From the NCBI GenBank assembly GCA_035084275.1, contig CM068753.1, positions 2,666,001-2,730,000 of the forward strand: a stretch of DNA of 64,000 nucleotides, given 5' to 3'. How positions within the stretch are numbered: position 1 is the stretch's first letter; each line of letters starts with the position of its first letter. The position numbers and the translations under genes are program-made. Of this stretch, positions 47,701 to 56,730 are shown one piece after another. The DNA is from Hydrolagus colliei (Eukaryota). Under the pieces are notes generated by a model, which did not search any database, was not told the DNA's origin, and saw only the letters and a program-made list of their open reading frames with translations.

Positions 47701-50700
47701 GAGGACACGAATGGTTTGCTTCAGTCTATAATAATTTGCAGCATTAACACGGCGGCCAAAACCAACATCAAATTCAAGTATTTACTTCAAATATTTCCGC
47801 AAAGCAATAATGTGTGAAGAAGCAACCTTACTTACAACTTCATAGGCAGGAACGGCTGGGATGCTGATCTCAGAGAACCCAAGCAAAAAAAACGTCCCTT
47901 ATTCATCAGTTGTCCTTTCCACACGGTGTAGTGAGACTTTCCTGCACACAGAAAACTCTTGATATTTGAACCAAAATACAACTATGGTACTTTTACGTCA
48001 CACCCATTCATGTCAGGAGGACATCTCGGAGTCTGTTAAGACGGGAATTTGGGGCTGATGTGAAGGGACGTTGGTTGGTTGAGAATAATCTGAGCAGCCA
48101 TCAATGCAAATATAAAAACTGTTTGGGGGGGGGGTTTAGATCTTTTAACATTAACATTTTAACATATACAATACATTTAATCACAAAACATGGGAGGCTG
48201 AAGGATATTTTTTCATCTGTTCCACTTGTGAACGTCCTCCTGACGTGAAAGGCGCTATACAAGTGTAATTTTGTTGTTGTGAAGGAATGAATACAGGCAA
48301 TGTTTTTTTGGGGGTGCGGGGGGGGAATGATAAAAGTTTCAATCCCCACAAAAATATCAATAATTTAAAACTTGGAAAAGAACCCACATATTCCGTTACA
48401 TCAATCATTTCCCTCGTAGAAAACCGACAATTATAATGAGCTGGCCCTCGCAGCGAGAATGGGCTGACGGAGCCTGTGGTGGGTGAGGACGTGCTGTCTG
48501 AGGCTTGGAGAGGAAAGGGAGCCAATACAATTTGCATGCCATTTCAACAACCGCACGATACATACCTGACTGGATGTCATCCATGCTGCAGAACAGAAAG
48601 AAATTCATTTTACTATTCATGACAAAGCAGCATAGATCCTATTTCACAAATAGTCCACACCCACCCCATCCTCCAACCACAAAACACAGGATGAAGGGAG
48701 TACTACTCACTGTACAGGTTTTTTTCTCTCGGAACGATCGAGGAGTTTTTTTTTTGCAGTTATAAAAATATCATTCAAATTAAAATCTGGGAAATTTTAC
48801 TGATACAAATGATCACCAGAGATCAAACGCTGCTCATCATTACATTGTGACATGCAGAGCCCAGCAAACAAAGCGTGGAAACTACTTAACAGTAGCAATA
48901 ATCCTTGCATTTGATATTGCGCTGGGAGACGTCTGAAAGCACACCGCGGGATATACTGTCAAGTGAACTGACTTGACAGTATATCATGTATGTTTTGTTT
49001 AGAACACAGTGTACTGCGGTAAGTCGTATGCTGCCAGTTTTCAACCACAAGATTAGAAGATCAACGCTTTGCTTGTAATGCACTTGGGCTGACACAGGGA
49101 GGACTCGGGGAGGAAGCCACTCTTCTGAAAGCTCATACAAATTGTAAGGCACAGGTTCACTTACCCGAACACCGTTGGTTTGGGGGTTTTGGGAATCTTG
49201 TCTTCCTTGTAAACAAACGAGACCACGGCATATGGGCAAACGTGCCTTGGTATCTGCCTTACACCCTCACTTCCAATTTCATAGAGATAAAACTGAAAGT
49301 TAAAGAGGTGCCAGTTCAGTGAAGTTACTGGGAGACAATCACTCTCTGCTGAACATCACATCAGTCTGTGCTGAGTGCACATCTGATTTAATAGCAATTA
49401 GCTGACTTCTAAATTAGCTAACTGATTTAATAGCAATTAGCTATTAACACACCAATCCCCAAGGACTGCCTGGAAGTAAACAGCTCCCTTATTTAACAAA
49501 GACTTCCGGAGGATGACTGCGATGTTAGATTATCACTGGGATGGCGTTGAAAAGACGCTGCGCACTGTCAAAATGTACCTGAGTAATGTCAAATGCTCTG
49601 TAAGTGAAGAGTGAGGTGACACGGTTAAGGTTTTTGGAAACATGACAGTCGTGCTTCGGCGTTGGAGGAGTGAAGTTCTTGGTGGGATTATCAAACACAG
49701 CTTTTACTCTGCCCTGAAAGAGTCAAAGAAAGAAAATAAGAAACGAGCAGATAAGTACCCCCACTTACTTTACTCCAGAAATTATCCAACGCAGGCTAGT
49801 AAAAGCCACGGCTTGTTGGGATGGGGGGAAGACTGCTGGAGCCGCTAAAATTAAAAACACCCACCTTTATTATTTTGAAAATAATAATATCAGCTTGTTT
49901 TCCAGTATCCAACGGATTGGGCTGCAGTACATCAGAGTACTTCGAAAGATAAACACCTGGGGAGACAGGACAGAGCAAACCAATTAATGAACCCTCAGGT
50001 CAGTCATTCTTTTATGACTCTCTCGCATTAAAATACATACTGTATGTACATGGGAAAAATCCACCTGGAGTAATTTTCAGCGGTAACGTTACAAATTAGC
50101 TGCGAGTGAAAAAAACTATTATGATAGTTCCTTACCCATTGCGGGGTTTCCAAGAATGGTTACCTTGGATTTCCCTACAGTAAGCCCTTTATCGCAAATG
50201 ATGGAAGCCTAGGACGAAAGGAAAAAAACAAGGTTTTAACACGGTATTCAACCAGCTCATTTGGTTTTAGTTAACAGTTTCAAACAGTCAAAATACAACA
50301 ACAACAACTTTGATTTACATTGCGCCCCCACGCCGTGCGGCGTCTCAGACCGCTTCACAATAGCGGATCACAATGTACACAGTCGGAATACATCAATTCC
50401 TACTCCCTCCCTCCCTCCCTCAACCCCTTCATCTCGCCTCGTCCATTTCCATCGACTGAAGTGCTCAGTCACCTTCCCCCCTCACTCGGCCTCAGCCACG
50501 CGGTCCTCTCTGCCAAGTCGTAGCCACAAGCCAGCATGGCTTCTCCCTAATCGATTCACCTTTTCACATGTGTCACCTCGGAGCCAACTCGACCCCCAAA
50601 GAGACCAGACTTACTTGAACTAAAGTTGACACAAAAAAAAAACTGTTTTTAAAATAAAACACGAGAGAGAGAGAGAGAGAGCGAGAGAGATACACACCTC

Positions 50701-53470
50701 TGAAGCGTCCACAAGCAGGAAAGCGTACAATTCAGCCAGTTCCTTCTCAGTCCGGCCCTCGGTTCTCAATTCTTTCCGTTTTTCCATGAACTGCAAGTTA
50801 AGATAAAAAAATTTAATTCACAAGGACTCACAACAACAACAACAACAAATGATATACAGTATGTAATAGTGCCTAGGAATACTTCCTAGGTCACACACAG
50901 AGAGGAAGTGATCCTGGACATATTTAAGACAACACAAATACACAAGACACCAACCTCTTTTTGCAGCTTGTCGTTGTGAATCATGCTGGCCTTCACGTAA
51001 GCAAAATTAGTACTCGACAAAGTCTCCAGGTAAGAAGAACTAAGTATTTTCAAAATATCTTGCTTGAATTCTCTGGAGGCCACGGGTATGGATTGGAAAA
51101 GCTCTGAAAGCAAAAAGGTTCCAATTAATACCAGATACATAGGTGAGGAGGGGGGTGGGGATATAGAGAAACAGAATGCAATGCTTGAATAAGCTGCAAG
51201 TTAATTCCTGTGCAAGGAAATAGTGTCAGATATTGGCCGGTATTTATTTGTTCCAACATCCATACAGTGTTGTACCAAATGGAAATGTTCACATGCAAAA
51301 AACTGGCTTCCTCAATTGTCTGCAAAACCCCACAGTAATAGAAAATGCTTCGAGGTGCCTAAGGAATTATGTCAAAATTTATTGAAACAGATGTCCAGCT
51401 TTGTACTAACCAGCCCAAATCATATGTATTTTCCAACTGCTTTCTACCAACATTGCAAACACTTCAAAAGACACACATTTTAGTACTGTACTTTGACAAG
51501 CCATATGTTATACACTTTTAGAGTGTGTTGGTTATAGAAATGGATACGATAACTAATGCTAACGGGCCATGGCATCTCAGAACAAGTTTAATCAATTCCA
51601 AGGAACAGGGCGGGGAAGGAAGGGAGGGAACCAAAGGTTTATTTTTCATCCAAGAACACTCCACAACTCGCTTCAAGGACAAACATGCATTCCCAGGGTA
51701 AAAAGCCCAAAACTCACAGGAGATAAAAGGCTGAGACGAGAGAGTTTGCCAGCTCACAAGATACAGTGGGTAAGAACAAAGGTTGGTTTTAAAGCGAATC
51801 ACAAACTCCCCACCCACCCACATTCCACTGATTGTGAACTCAGAAGGCTTCTAAAATGACAGAGAACAGGTCAGTTCTCTTTCAAAAAGAGCTCTGCTTC
51901 CAACTAGCAGACATGGCCATAACGAGGGGAGGGTTTGGGGGGGGGGAAGAGAGAGAGAATATGAGAGAGTCTAATAAAATAATAATCATGCTCGCATTTG
52001 ATACAGTGCCTCATCACGCCCTCGAGAAGCCTCAAAGCGTTTCACAGGACACACCGTAAGGTGTAGTGACTGTGTATTTTGTGGGTGGAACGCGCACAGC
52101 GAAGTTGCCACAAACAGTGGTGGGTGGACGGAGCGAGTTGATGATAATAATAGTAATGATCCTCGCGTTTGACCTCGTCGCGTCTTCGCGGCGTCTCAAA
52201 GCGCTTCACGGGATACACCGTAAGGTGTCGTGACTTTGCGTGTTGCGAGCGAAATTTGTCAATAAAACCTCACGTGAATCAGACTGAGGGAAAGGTGGGA
52301 GAGAAAGAAAGAGTCAGAGAGAGTGAGGGTGGGGGTGGGGGAAGAGACAGTCAAAAAGAGAGATAGACAGAGAGAGAGAGAGAGAAATCAGAGAGGGGGA
52401 GAGAAAGACAGTCAGAGAGAGGGGAGCAAAAGGGGGGGAAGGGGAATGTGGAGGGGGAGAAAGGGGATGTGGAGGAGAGGGGGGGGAGGGGGGGAGGAGA
52501 GGGGGGGGGAGGGGGGGAGGGGGAGGGGAGGGGGATGTGGAGGAGAGGGAGGGGGGGGAGAGGGGAGAAAGGGGATGTGGAGGAGAGGGTGGGGAGAGGG
52601 GAGAGAGGGGGGGGGGGGAGAGAGGAGAGGGGGGGGGGGAGAGAGGAGAGGTGGGGGGGGAGAGAGGAGACGGGGGGGGGGGGAGAGGAGAGATGGGGGG
52701 GGAGAGAGGAGAGGGGGGAGGGAGAGAGGAGAGGGGGGAGGGAGAGAGGAGAGGGGGGGGGGGGGAGAGAGGAGAGGGGGGGGGGGCAGAGGGGAGATGT
52801 GGAGGAGAGGGGAGGGGGGAGAGAGGGGAGGGGGGGAGGAGAGAGGAGAGGGGGGGGGCAGAGGGGAGATGTGGAGGAGAGGGGGGAGGGGGGGGGAGAG
52901 ATGTGGAGGAGAGGAGACAGAGAGAGAGGGAATGTGGAGAGAGATGCACACACACCACACAGTCAAGACAGACAGAGAGGGCGCGAGGATGTGGAGGAAA
53001 GACAGACAGACAGACAGTCAGTCAGTCAGAGGGAGGGAATGTGGAGAGAGATACACACACACACACACACAGAGGGAGGGAGAGAGTGAGTGAGTGAGGT
53101 CGAGACCTTTCTTCTCTTTGTTCTTCTTGGGGATGTGGAAGGCCTTGCGGGCGGCGGCGGGGTCCCCGGGCCTGGCCCGTGGGTGTATGTGCGGGGCCGG
53201 GGCCCCGGGGGTCTCGAGGCCGTGAGAGGCCGAGGCCGAGACCGCCTCCTGAGGAGACAGAGAAGCCGGCGATGATGATGAAGATGGCGGCGTGGTGGTT
53301 GTTGTTGTTGTGGCTCCCGCCGTGTGTTCGCCATTTTGTGCTTTGCCTCTGAGGACCGGGCCGCCCCGGGTCACCGCCGGCGAGGGCCTGAGGTTGGCGG
53401 CGGCTCCTCCCGGGACCCTCCCCGCCGCCTGGGGACGCCTGCTGTCGTCGCTGTCGCTGCTGGACGCCAT
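35146..53470 (-). CDS. TASOR: Protein TASOR (FAM208A), HUSH complex core subunit with pseudo-PARP (DUF3715), SPOC, DomI/II and PIN-like domains; complete CDS, 1743 aa
   Basis: Exons (transcript order): 53470-53107,51103-50955,50790-50698,50208-50136,49956-49865,49713-49579,49292-49165,48585-48566,47941-47836,47377-47274,44955-44852,44555-44483,44339-44265,43752-43030,42027-41489,41068-40927,40680-39722,39268-39149,38794-38635,38371-38263,38020-37842,37693-37538,35774-35146 (5232 nt, GT-AG, phases consistent). Motifs: [88 protein letters not shown]. Confidence 0.97.
37538..37693 (-). CDS. TASOR: TASOR exon 22 ([10 protein letters not shown]...FRSLIGYH)
   Basis: cttag| ... |gtaagt. Confidence 0.92.
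37842..38020 (-). CDS. TASOR: TASOR exon 21 ([10 protein letters not shown]...[15 protein letters not shown])
   Basis: tgcag| ... |gtaggt. Confidence 0.95.
38263..38371 (-). CDS. TASOR: TASOR exon 20 (KWLWKIHFK)
   Basis: ctcag| ... |gtttgt. Confidence 0.94.
38635..38794 (-). CDS. TASOR: TASOR exon 19 ([26 protein letters not shown])
   Basis: cgtag| ... |gtaagc. Confidence 0.95.
39149..39268 (-). CDS. TASOR: TASOR exon 18 (ECHPDRFL...[13 protein letters not shown])
   Basis: tgcag| ... |gtaaca. Confidence 0.95.
39722..40680 (-). CDS. TASOR: TASOR exon 17 (EQLFYLPP...DPRVI...[11 protein letters not shown])
   Basis: tgtag| ... |gtactg; ORF 39701..40696. Confidence 0.94.
40927..41068 (-). CDS. 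TASOR: TASOR exon 16 ([10 protein letters not shown])
   Basis: ttccaag| ... |gtaaga. Confidence 0.88.
41489..42027 (-). CDS. TASOR: TASOR exon 15
   Basis: tgcag| ... |gtgagc; ORF 41459..42007. Confidence 0.85.
42744..42884 (-). CDS. TASOR: Possible additional TASOR cassette exon (47 codons, phase 1-1)
   Basis: caaag|TGGATGGT...TTAA|gtgggc; open in frame, but no recognisable homology and weak splice sites. Confidence 0.35.
43030..43752 (-). CDS. TASOR: TASOR exon 14 ([11 protein letters not shown]...[14 protein letters not shown]...LKRKL)
   Basis: tgtag| ... |gtaatg; ORF 42980..43747. Confidence 0.92.
44265..44339 (-). CDS. TASOR: TASOR exon 13 ([13 protein letters not shown])
   Basis: attag| ... 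|gtaagc. Confidence 0.9.
44483..44555 (-). CDS. TASOR: TASOR exon 12 ([17 protein letters not shown])
   Basis: cacag| ... |gtgagt. Confidence 0.93.
44852..44955 (-). CDS. TASOR: TASOR exon 11 ([14 protein letters not shown])
   Basis: cccag| ... |gtgaat. Confidence 0.93.
45568..46152 (+). mobile_element. 5'-truncated CR1 LINE 3' end (RT C-terminal region, 3'UTR and tail), antisense within TASOR intron 10
   Basis: Encodes [25 protein letters not shown] and TRGHRFKI...[20 protein letters not shown]; terminal ttctatgaatctatgaatct repeats; frameshifted. Confidence 0.93.
46340..46641 (+). mobile_element. tRNA-SINE in TASOR intron 10
   Basis: cctgtagctcagtg head through to the (tta)n tail. Confidence 0.88.
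47274..47377 (-). CDS. TASOR: TASOR exon 10 ([13 protein letters not shown])
   Basis: tttag| ... |gtaaga. Confidence 0.94.
47492..47700 (-). mobile_element. L2 LINE 3' fragment
   Basis: [12 protein letters not shown] remnant plus (caa)n tail. Confidence 0.75.
47836..47941 (-). CDS. TASOR: TASOR exon 9 ([13 protein letters not shown]...FLPMKL), SPOC domain
   Basis: tgcag| ... |gtaagt. Confidence 0.94.
48566..48585 (-). CDS. TASOR: TASOR exon 8, 20-nt microexon (MDDIQS)
   Basis: ctttctgttctgcag|CATGGATGACATCCAGTCAG|gtatgt; supplies the required phase 2 to 1 change. Confidence 0.7.
49165..49292 (-). CDS. TASOR: TASOR exon 7 ([30 protein letters not shown])
   Basis: ttcag| ... |gtaagt. Confidence 0.94.
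49579..49713 (-). CDS. TASOR: TASOR exon 6 (GRVKAVFD...[12 protein letters not shown]...YRAFDITQ)
   Basis: ttcag| ... |gtacat. Confidence 0.94.
49865..49956 (-). CDS. TASOR: TASOR exon 5 ([16 protein letters not shown]...FKIIK)
   Basis: cccag| ... |gtgggt. Confidence 0.94.
50136..50208 (-). CDS. TASOR: TASOR exon 4 ([22 protein letters not shown])
   Basis: cctag| ... |gtaagg. Confidence 0.94.
50698..50790 (-). CDS. TASOR: TASOR exon 3 ([28 protein letters not shown])
   Basis: tgcag| ... |gtgtgt. Confidence 0.94.
50955..51103 (-). CDS. TASOR: TASOR exon 2 ([12 protein letters not shown]...HNDKLQKE)
   Basis: ttcag| ... |gttggt; start of the pseudo-PARP domain. Confidence 0.93.
52290..53090. 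repeat. Polypurine G-rich low-complexity/minisatellite tract in TASOR intron 1
   Basis: Almost purely G/A on the + strand, with recurring ggatgtggaggagag(g)n units. Confidence 0.95.
53107..53470 (-). CDS. TASOR: TASOR coding exon 1 (MASSSDSDD...[14 protein letters not shown])
   Basis: acaATGg start in a CpG island; donor G|gtctcg. Confidence 0.85.
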
Positions 53471-53790
53471 TGTCAGGGTGGGTGTGTGTGTGTGTGTGTG
53501 TGAGGGGGATGAAGGCGGCTTCACGCTGCCGGCGCCATGGCCTCCACTCACTCCGCGCCTTTCCCCCCCCCCCCCACACACCCGCCACAGCCAATCAGCG
53601 GCCAACAAGGCACAGGGGAGGAGGGGCTTCCACAGCTACAGCCAATCAGAGGTCACTATCACACGGGAGAGGTGGGGCTTCCATAGCCCCTAGCCAATCA
53701 GCGCCCAAGAAGGCATAGGGGAGGAGGGGATTCCATAGCCCCCAGCCAATCAGCGGTCACCATCACACGGGAGAGGAGGGGCTCTCGCAC
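53471..53790 (-). promoter_or_regulatory. TASOR 5'UTR/promoter with four tandem CCAAT modules
   Basis: GCCAATCAG at 53590, 53641, 53693 and 53745, directly upstream of CpG-rich exon 1. Confidence 0.75.
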
Positions 53791-53869
53791 CTTAGGGTTA
53801 GTTACTGTGTGTGTACACTGATTTACTGGGTAGTTATCTATATACACACTGAGTTACTGGGTAGTTTGC

Positions 53870-54360
53870 CCCACAAACAGTGGTGGGTTGAAATGACCAG
53901 TTTTATTATTGGGGTTTTTTTGGATGGATTATTATTAGGCGAGTGTGTGTGTGTGTGAAACTTGGAAACTTAATATAAGTTAAAACTTAATAAGGAAACT
54001 TGCCCAAGGTTTGGTACCTGACCTGACCGGATTCGAAACACAGGTCTCCACTCACAGCTTGTGAAGCGAGCGAGCGAGTGAGTGAGTGTGTGGCTCTCAC
54101 CCACTGAGCTACAGGAACTGCACTGTCTTCGAGTACGCCTCAAAAAGCGATTCACCGAACACGCTGTCAAGTGGAGTGACTGTGCGTGTTTTCGGCGGGT
54201 GACGTCCCCGCAAACAGCCGTATTTTTGGGGGGGAGGGAGAGATTATTAACAGGCGTGTGTGTGTGTATGTATGTATATATATAGAGAGAGAGAGAGTGA
54301 CGAAACTTGCCCAAGGTTTCGTCCTGACCTGACCTGGCGGGAATCGAACCCAGCTCACTT
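53870..54360 (-). mobile_element. Two tandem tRNA-SINE copies upstream of TASOR
   Basis: Two aaacttgcccaaggttt segments (53996 and 54303), each with head and core pieces. Confidence 0.8.
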
Positions 54361-54690
54361 ACAGAGTGGAGAGCGCCTCTCAACCACCGAGCGATTGCCT
54401 CGCGAGGGTGTGAGGAACGCCGCGGCTGAGGGTCTCGGCAGCCGTGCGAGACAGTGGCGGATCCGGAGGAACGCGGCACGGATGTGGGGGGGGGGTGGGG
54501 TGGTGTTGGGAGGGTGGGTGGGGGTGGTTAGAGAAGAGATTTGAGGGTCGAATAAGAACAGCCAAGGTAGCGGATTAACTCTCATCTGCGTCATATTCAA
54601 ACCGCAGCCCATCCTGCTGACTCTGGTGTGTGAAACGCAGCTCGTGGCAGACAGGATGTTGTGGTAGCTGTGCCACTTAGAACCAAAGTC
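54360..54690 (-). mobile_element. Degenerate L2 RT fragment
   Basis: Reverse strand reads ctgtctgccacgagctgcgtt...ggatg...ctatttgaccc-like and catccgtgccgcgttc, typical of L2 ORF2 remnants; similar pieces at about 3370-3600 and 58295-58520. Confidence 0.5.
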
Positions 54691-54772
54691 ACAGGCAGAC
54701 AACGCTGTGGGCGATTCTGACCTTTATTTGAGTGAAGCGTCGAGTGGTTTTCAGGGAGAAGGCAAAGGCTTG

Positions 54773-55131
54773 TGGAGTCCCCGTAGCTCGGTGGGTTAGA
54801 GCGCTCACCTCACAAGCGAAAGAGAGAGAGAGAGAGAACCTGGGTTTAATTCCAGGCAGGTTAGGGTCCCGGGTGAAACAGTGGGCAAGTTTCCTTACTA
54901 CACACACACACACACACACGCCTAATATTTGAAAATAAAAATTGGTAATTTTTAACCCACAACTTTATGTGGTGGGGGTGGGGTGGTAGGGGGACACTGC
55001 TGTGCGCAATTGGCTGCCGCGTTTCACTCACAAATATATATATCTATACAGTCAATTCACTTTACGGTATATTCTGTGAAGCGCTTTGGAACATCTGTAT
55101 GAAAGACGTGGACAGCGCTATATCAATGCAT
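54773..55131 (+). mobile_element. Full-length tRNA-SINE
   Basis: ccgtagctcggtgggttagagc head, core and tail. Confidence 0.85.
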
Positions 55132-55685
55132 TAATATTAATCCTGTTTCACAGCAGTCTGTGGTGAAGCCCTGAATGTTTGGGGGGGGGGGGGGGGGGAG
55201 GTTGATTAGCTGAGCAATGCCACCTGTTTTGCTGTTTAATTAGCTTTTACTACAGAGTTTCACCACAACAACTGTGAGCTTCTAAATCGTCCACGTTGAC
55301 ACAACTAGCAACCGCTGTTTGGATTAAATTCAACCCTAGTGACCTTAATAATTATCAGCCGCCTCAAGCCAAGTTGTGGCCACTTTCACAATTTTCTGTT
55401 GCTGTAGAAATTGGGAGAATTTGAGTCCAGGTTGAGGTCTGAGCGTAGACGATGCCTTTTATCTCGTCGGCCACTCGAGGAAACGGACAGTCGATATCAA
55501 AATGAATTACAACTCTCCCGCCCGCTGTAGATGCACATTAATGTTATTTTGTTAAATAAAAAAATCTCAGGGACTCATTAAGTATTGCTACTTTAATACA
55601 CCCAAAATATTCTAATTGTACAGTACCTCCTGGATTCTTAAAGACTCCTTTAATCTTGTCCGTTCCTGATTCTTGTTTAGTCTCC

Positions 55686-55810
55686 AAACACAGATGCCGA
55701 GAATCTGAAAACAAACACAGAAGTTCCTGGGGAAACTCAGCAGGTCAGGCAGCATCCATGGAGAAAGGAAAAAGAGTCAACGTTTCGGGTCTACAACCCT
55801 TCGTCAGAAA
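55686..55810 (-). mobile_element. Penelope-like element terminal fragment
   Basis: Minus strand ctgacgaagggttgtagacccgaaacgttgactc...gatgctgcctgacctgctgagtttcccc...ttcagattc, the terminal repeat I recall from shark Penelope-type elements. Confidence 0.7.
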
Positions 55811-56349
55811 GTTCTGCCTTGTTTAGTCTCGTTCAGTCATATAAACGACCCTCCAGCAGGGGACGGTGTTACTCTATAGCAAATTTGGAAAGTGGACAAG
55901 ATCCTTCGGTCTGATTTTTTTTACAAGAGCTGTTCCTCCAAATAATTACCAAACGCAAGGACTGTTGTTGTTGTTGCTGCTATAGTTTGCAGGTCCCTCA
56001 ATATGATGGTTGAAGCCAGGCCAGAGTGAGCGATCATCAGGTCAAGGCTGAGCTGGTGAACTCAGGTCTGCGACCCAGAGACGGGAGCCTGAGTGGTTGG
56101 GGGGGGGGGGGGGGGGGGGGCACCAGTCCTTACACCCTCGGGCTACACGCAGAGCGAATGAACACTGGGCTGATTTAGTAGCAAAGACAAATCGAGATGT
56201 TTTTGTTTTAATCCAGCCTTTCACAAGCAGCGCCTAGTCTAGCGCAACAGCAAATAGCAATAATAATCATCGCATTTATTTGCAAACTCAAATTTGGATT
56301 TGAGGATCGACCGCACTCGTCCCTCTCGTGGGGACTTTCCAAGTCTATG

Positions 56350-56730
56350 TGGCGCTCCTGTAGCTCAGTGGTTAGAGCGCTCGCCTTACAGGCCGAGAGA
56401 CTTGGGTTTCAGTCCCAGGCAGGGAGAAATCTTGGGCAAGTTTCCTTACTCCACGCGCCTGATAATAATCCCTTGAAAAAAGAAACAAATAATAAATCGG
56501 TCATTTCAACCCACGACTGTTTGTGTGTTTGGGGGGGTGGGAACACTGCTGTGCGCGATTGGCTGCCTTGATTCGCTCTCCCACAGATATATATACAGTA
56601 ATTTCACTTGACAGTATATTCCGTGAAGCTGCTTTGAGACACATTCTAGAAGACGTGAAAAGTATCAAAATGCAAGGGTTATTAACATCTTCAAGACGTC
56701 TCAAAGCGCTTCACAGAATATACTGTATTA
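56350..56730 (+). mobile_element. Full-length tRNA-SINE followed by an inverted tail fragment
   Basis: ctcctgtagctcagtggttagagcgc head; tail followed by its reverse complement at about 56685-56727. Confidence 0.85.

Noticed and set aside
48181-48537. Ser/Pro-rich minus-strand ORF as an extra TASOR exon (acceptor at 48503)
   Set aside because: It would need a 62-nt intron after the microexon, and I found no convincing phase-compatible donor
48706-48790. Strong gtgagt donor on the minus strand at 48710
   Set aside because: No suitable in-frame acceptor upstream; the microexon at 48566-48585 already fixes the phase
52314-53097. Six overlapping 184-256 aa ORFs (Pro/Ser/Leu- or Gly/Arg/Glu-rich)
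   Set aside because: Stop-free only because the tract is a G/A low-complexity repeat in TASOR intron 1
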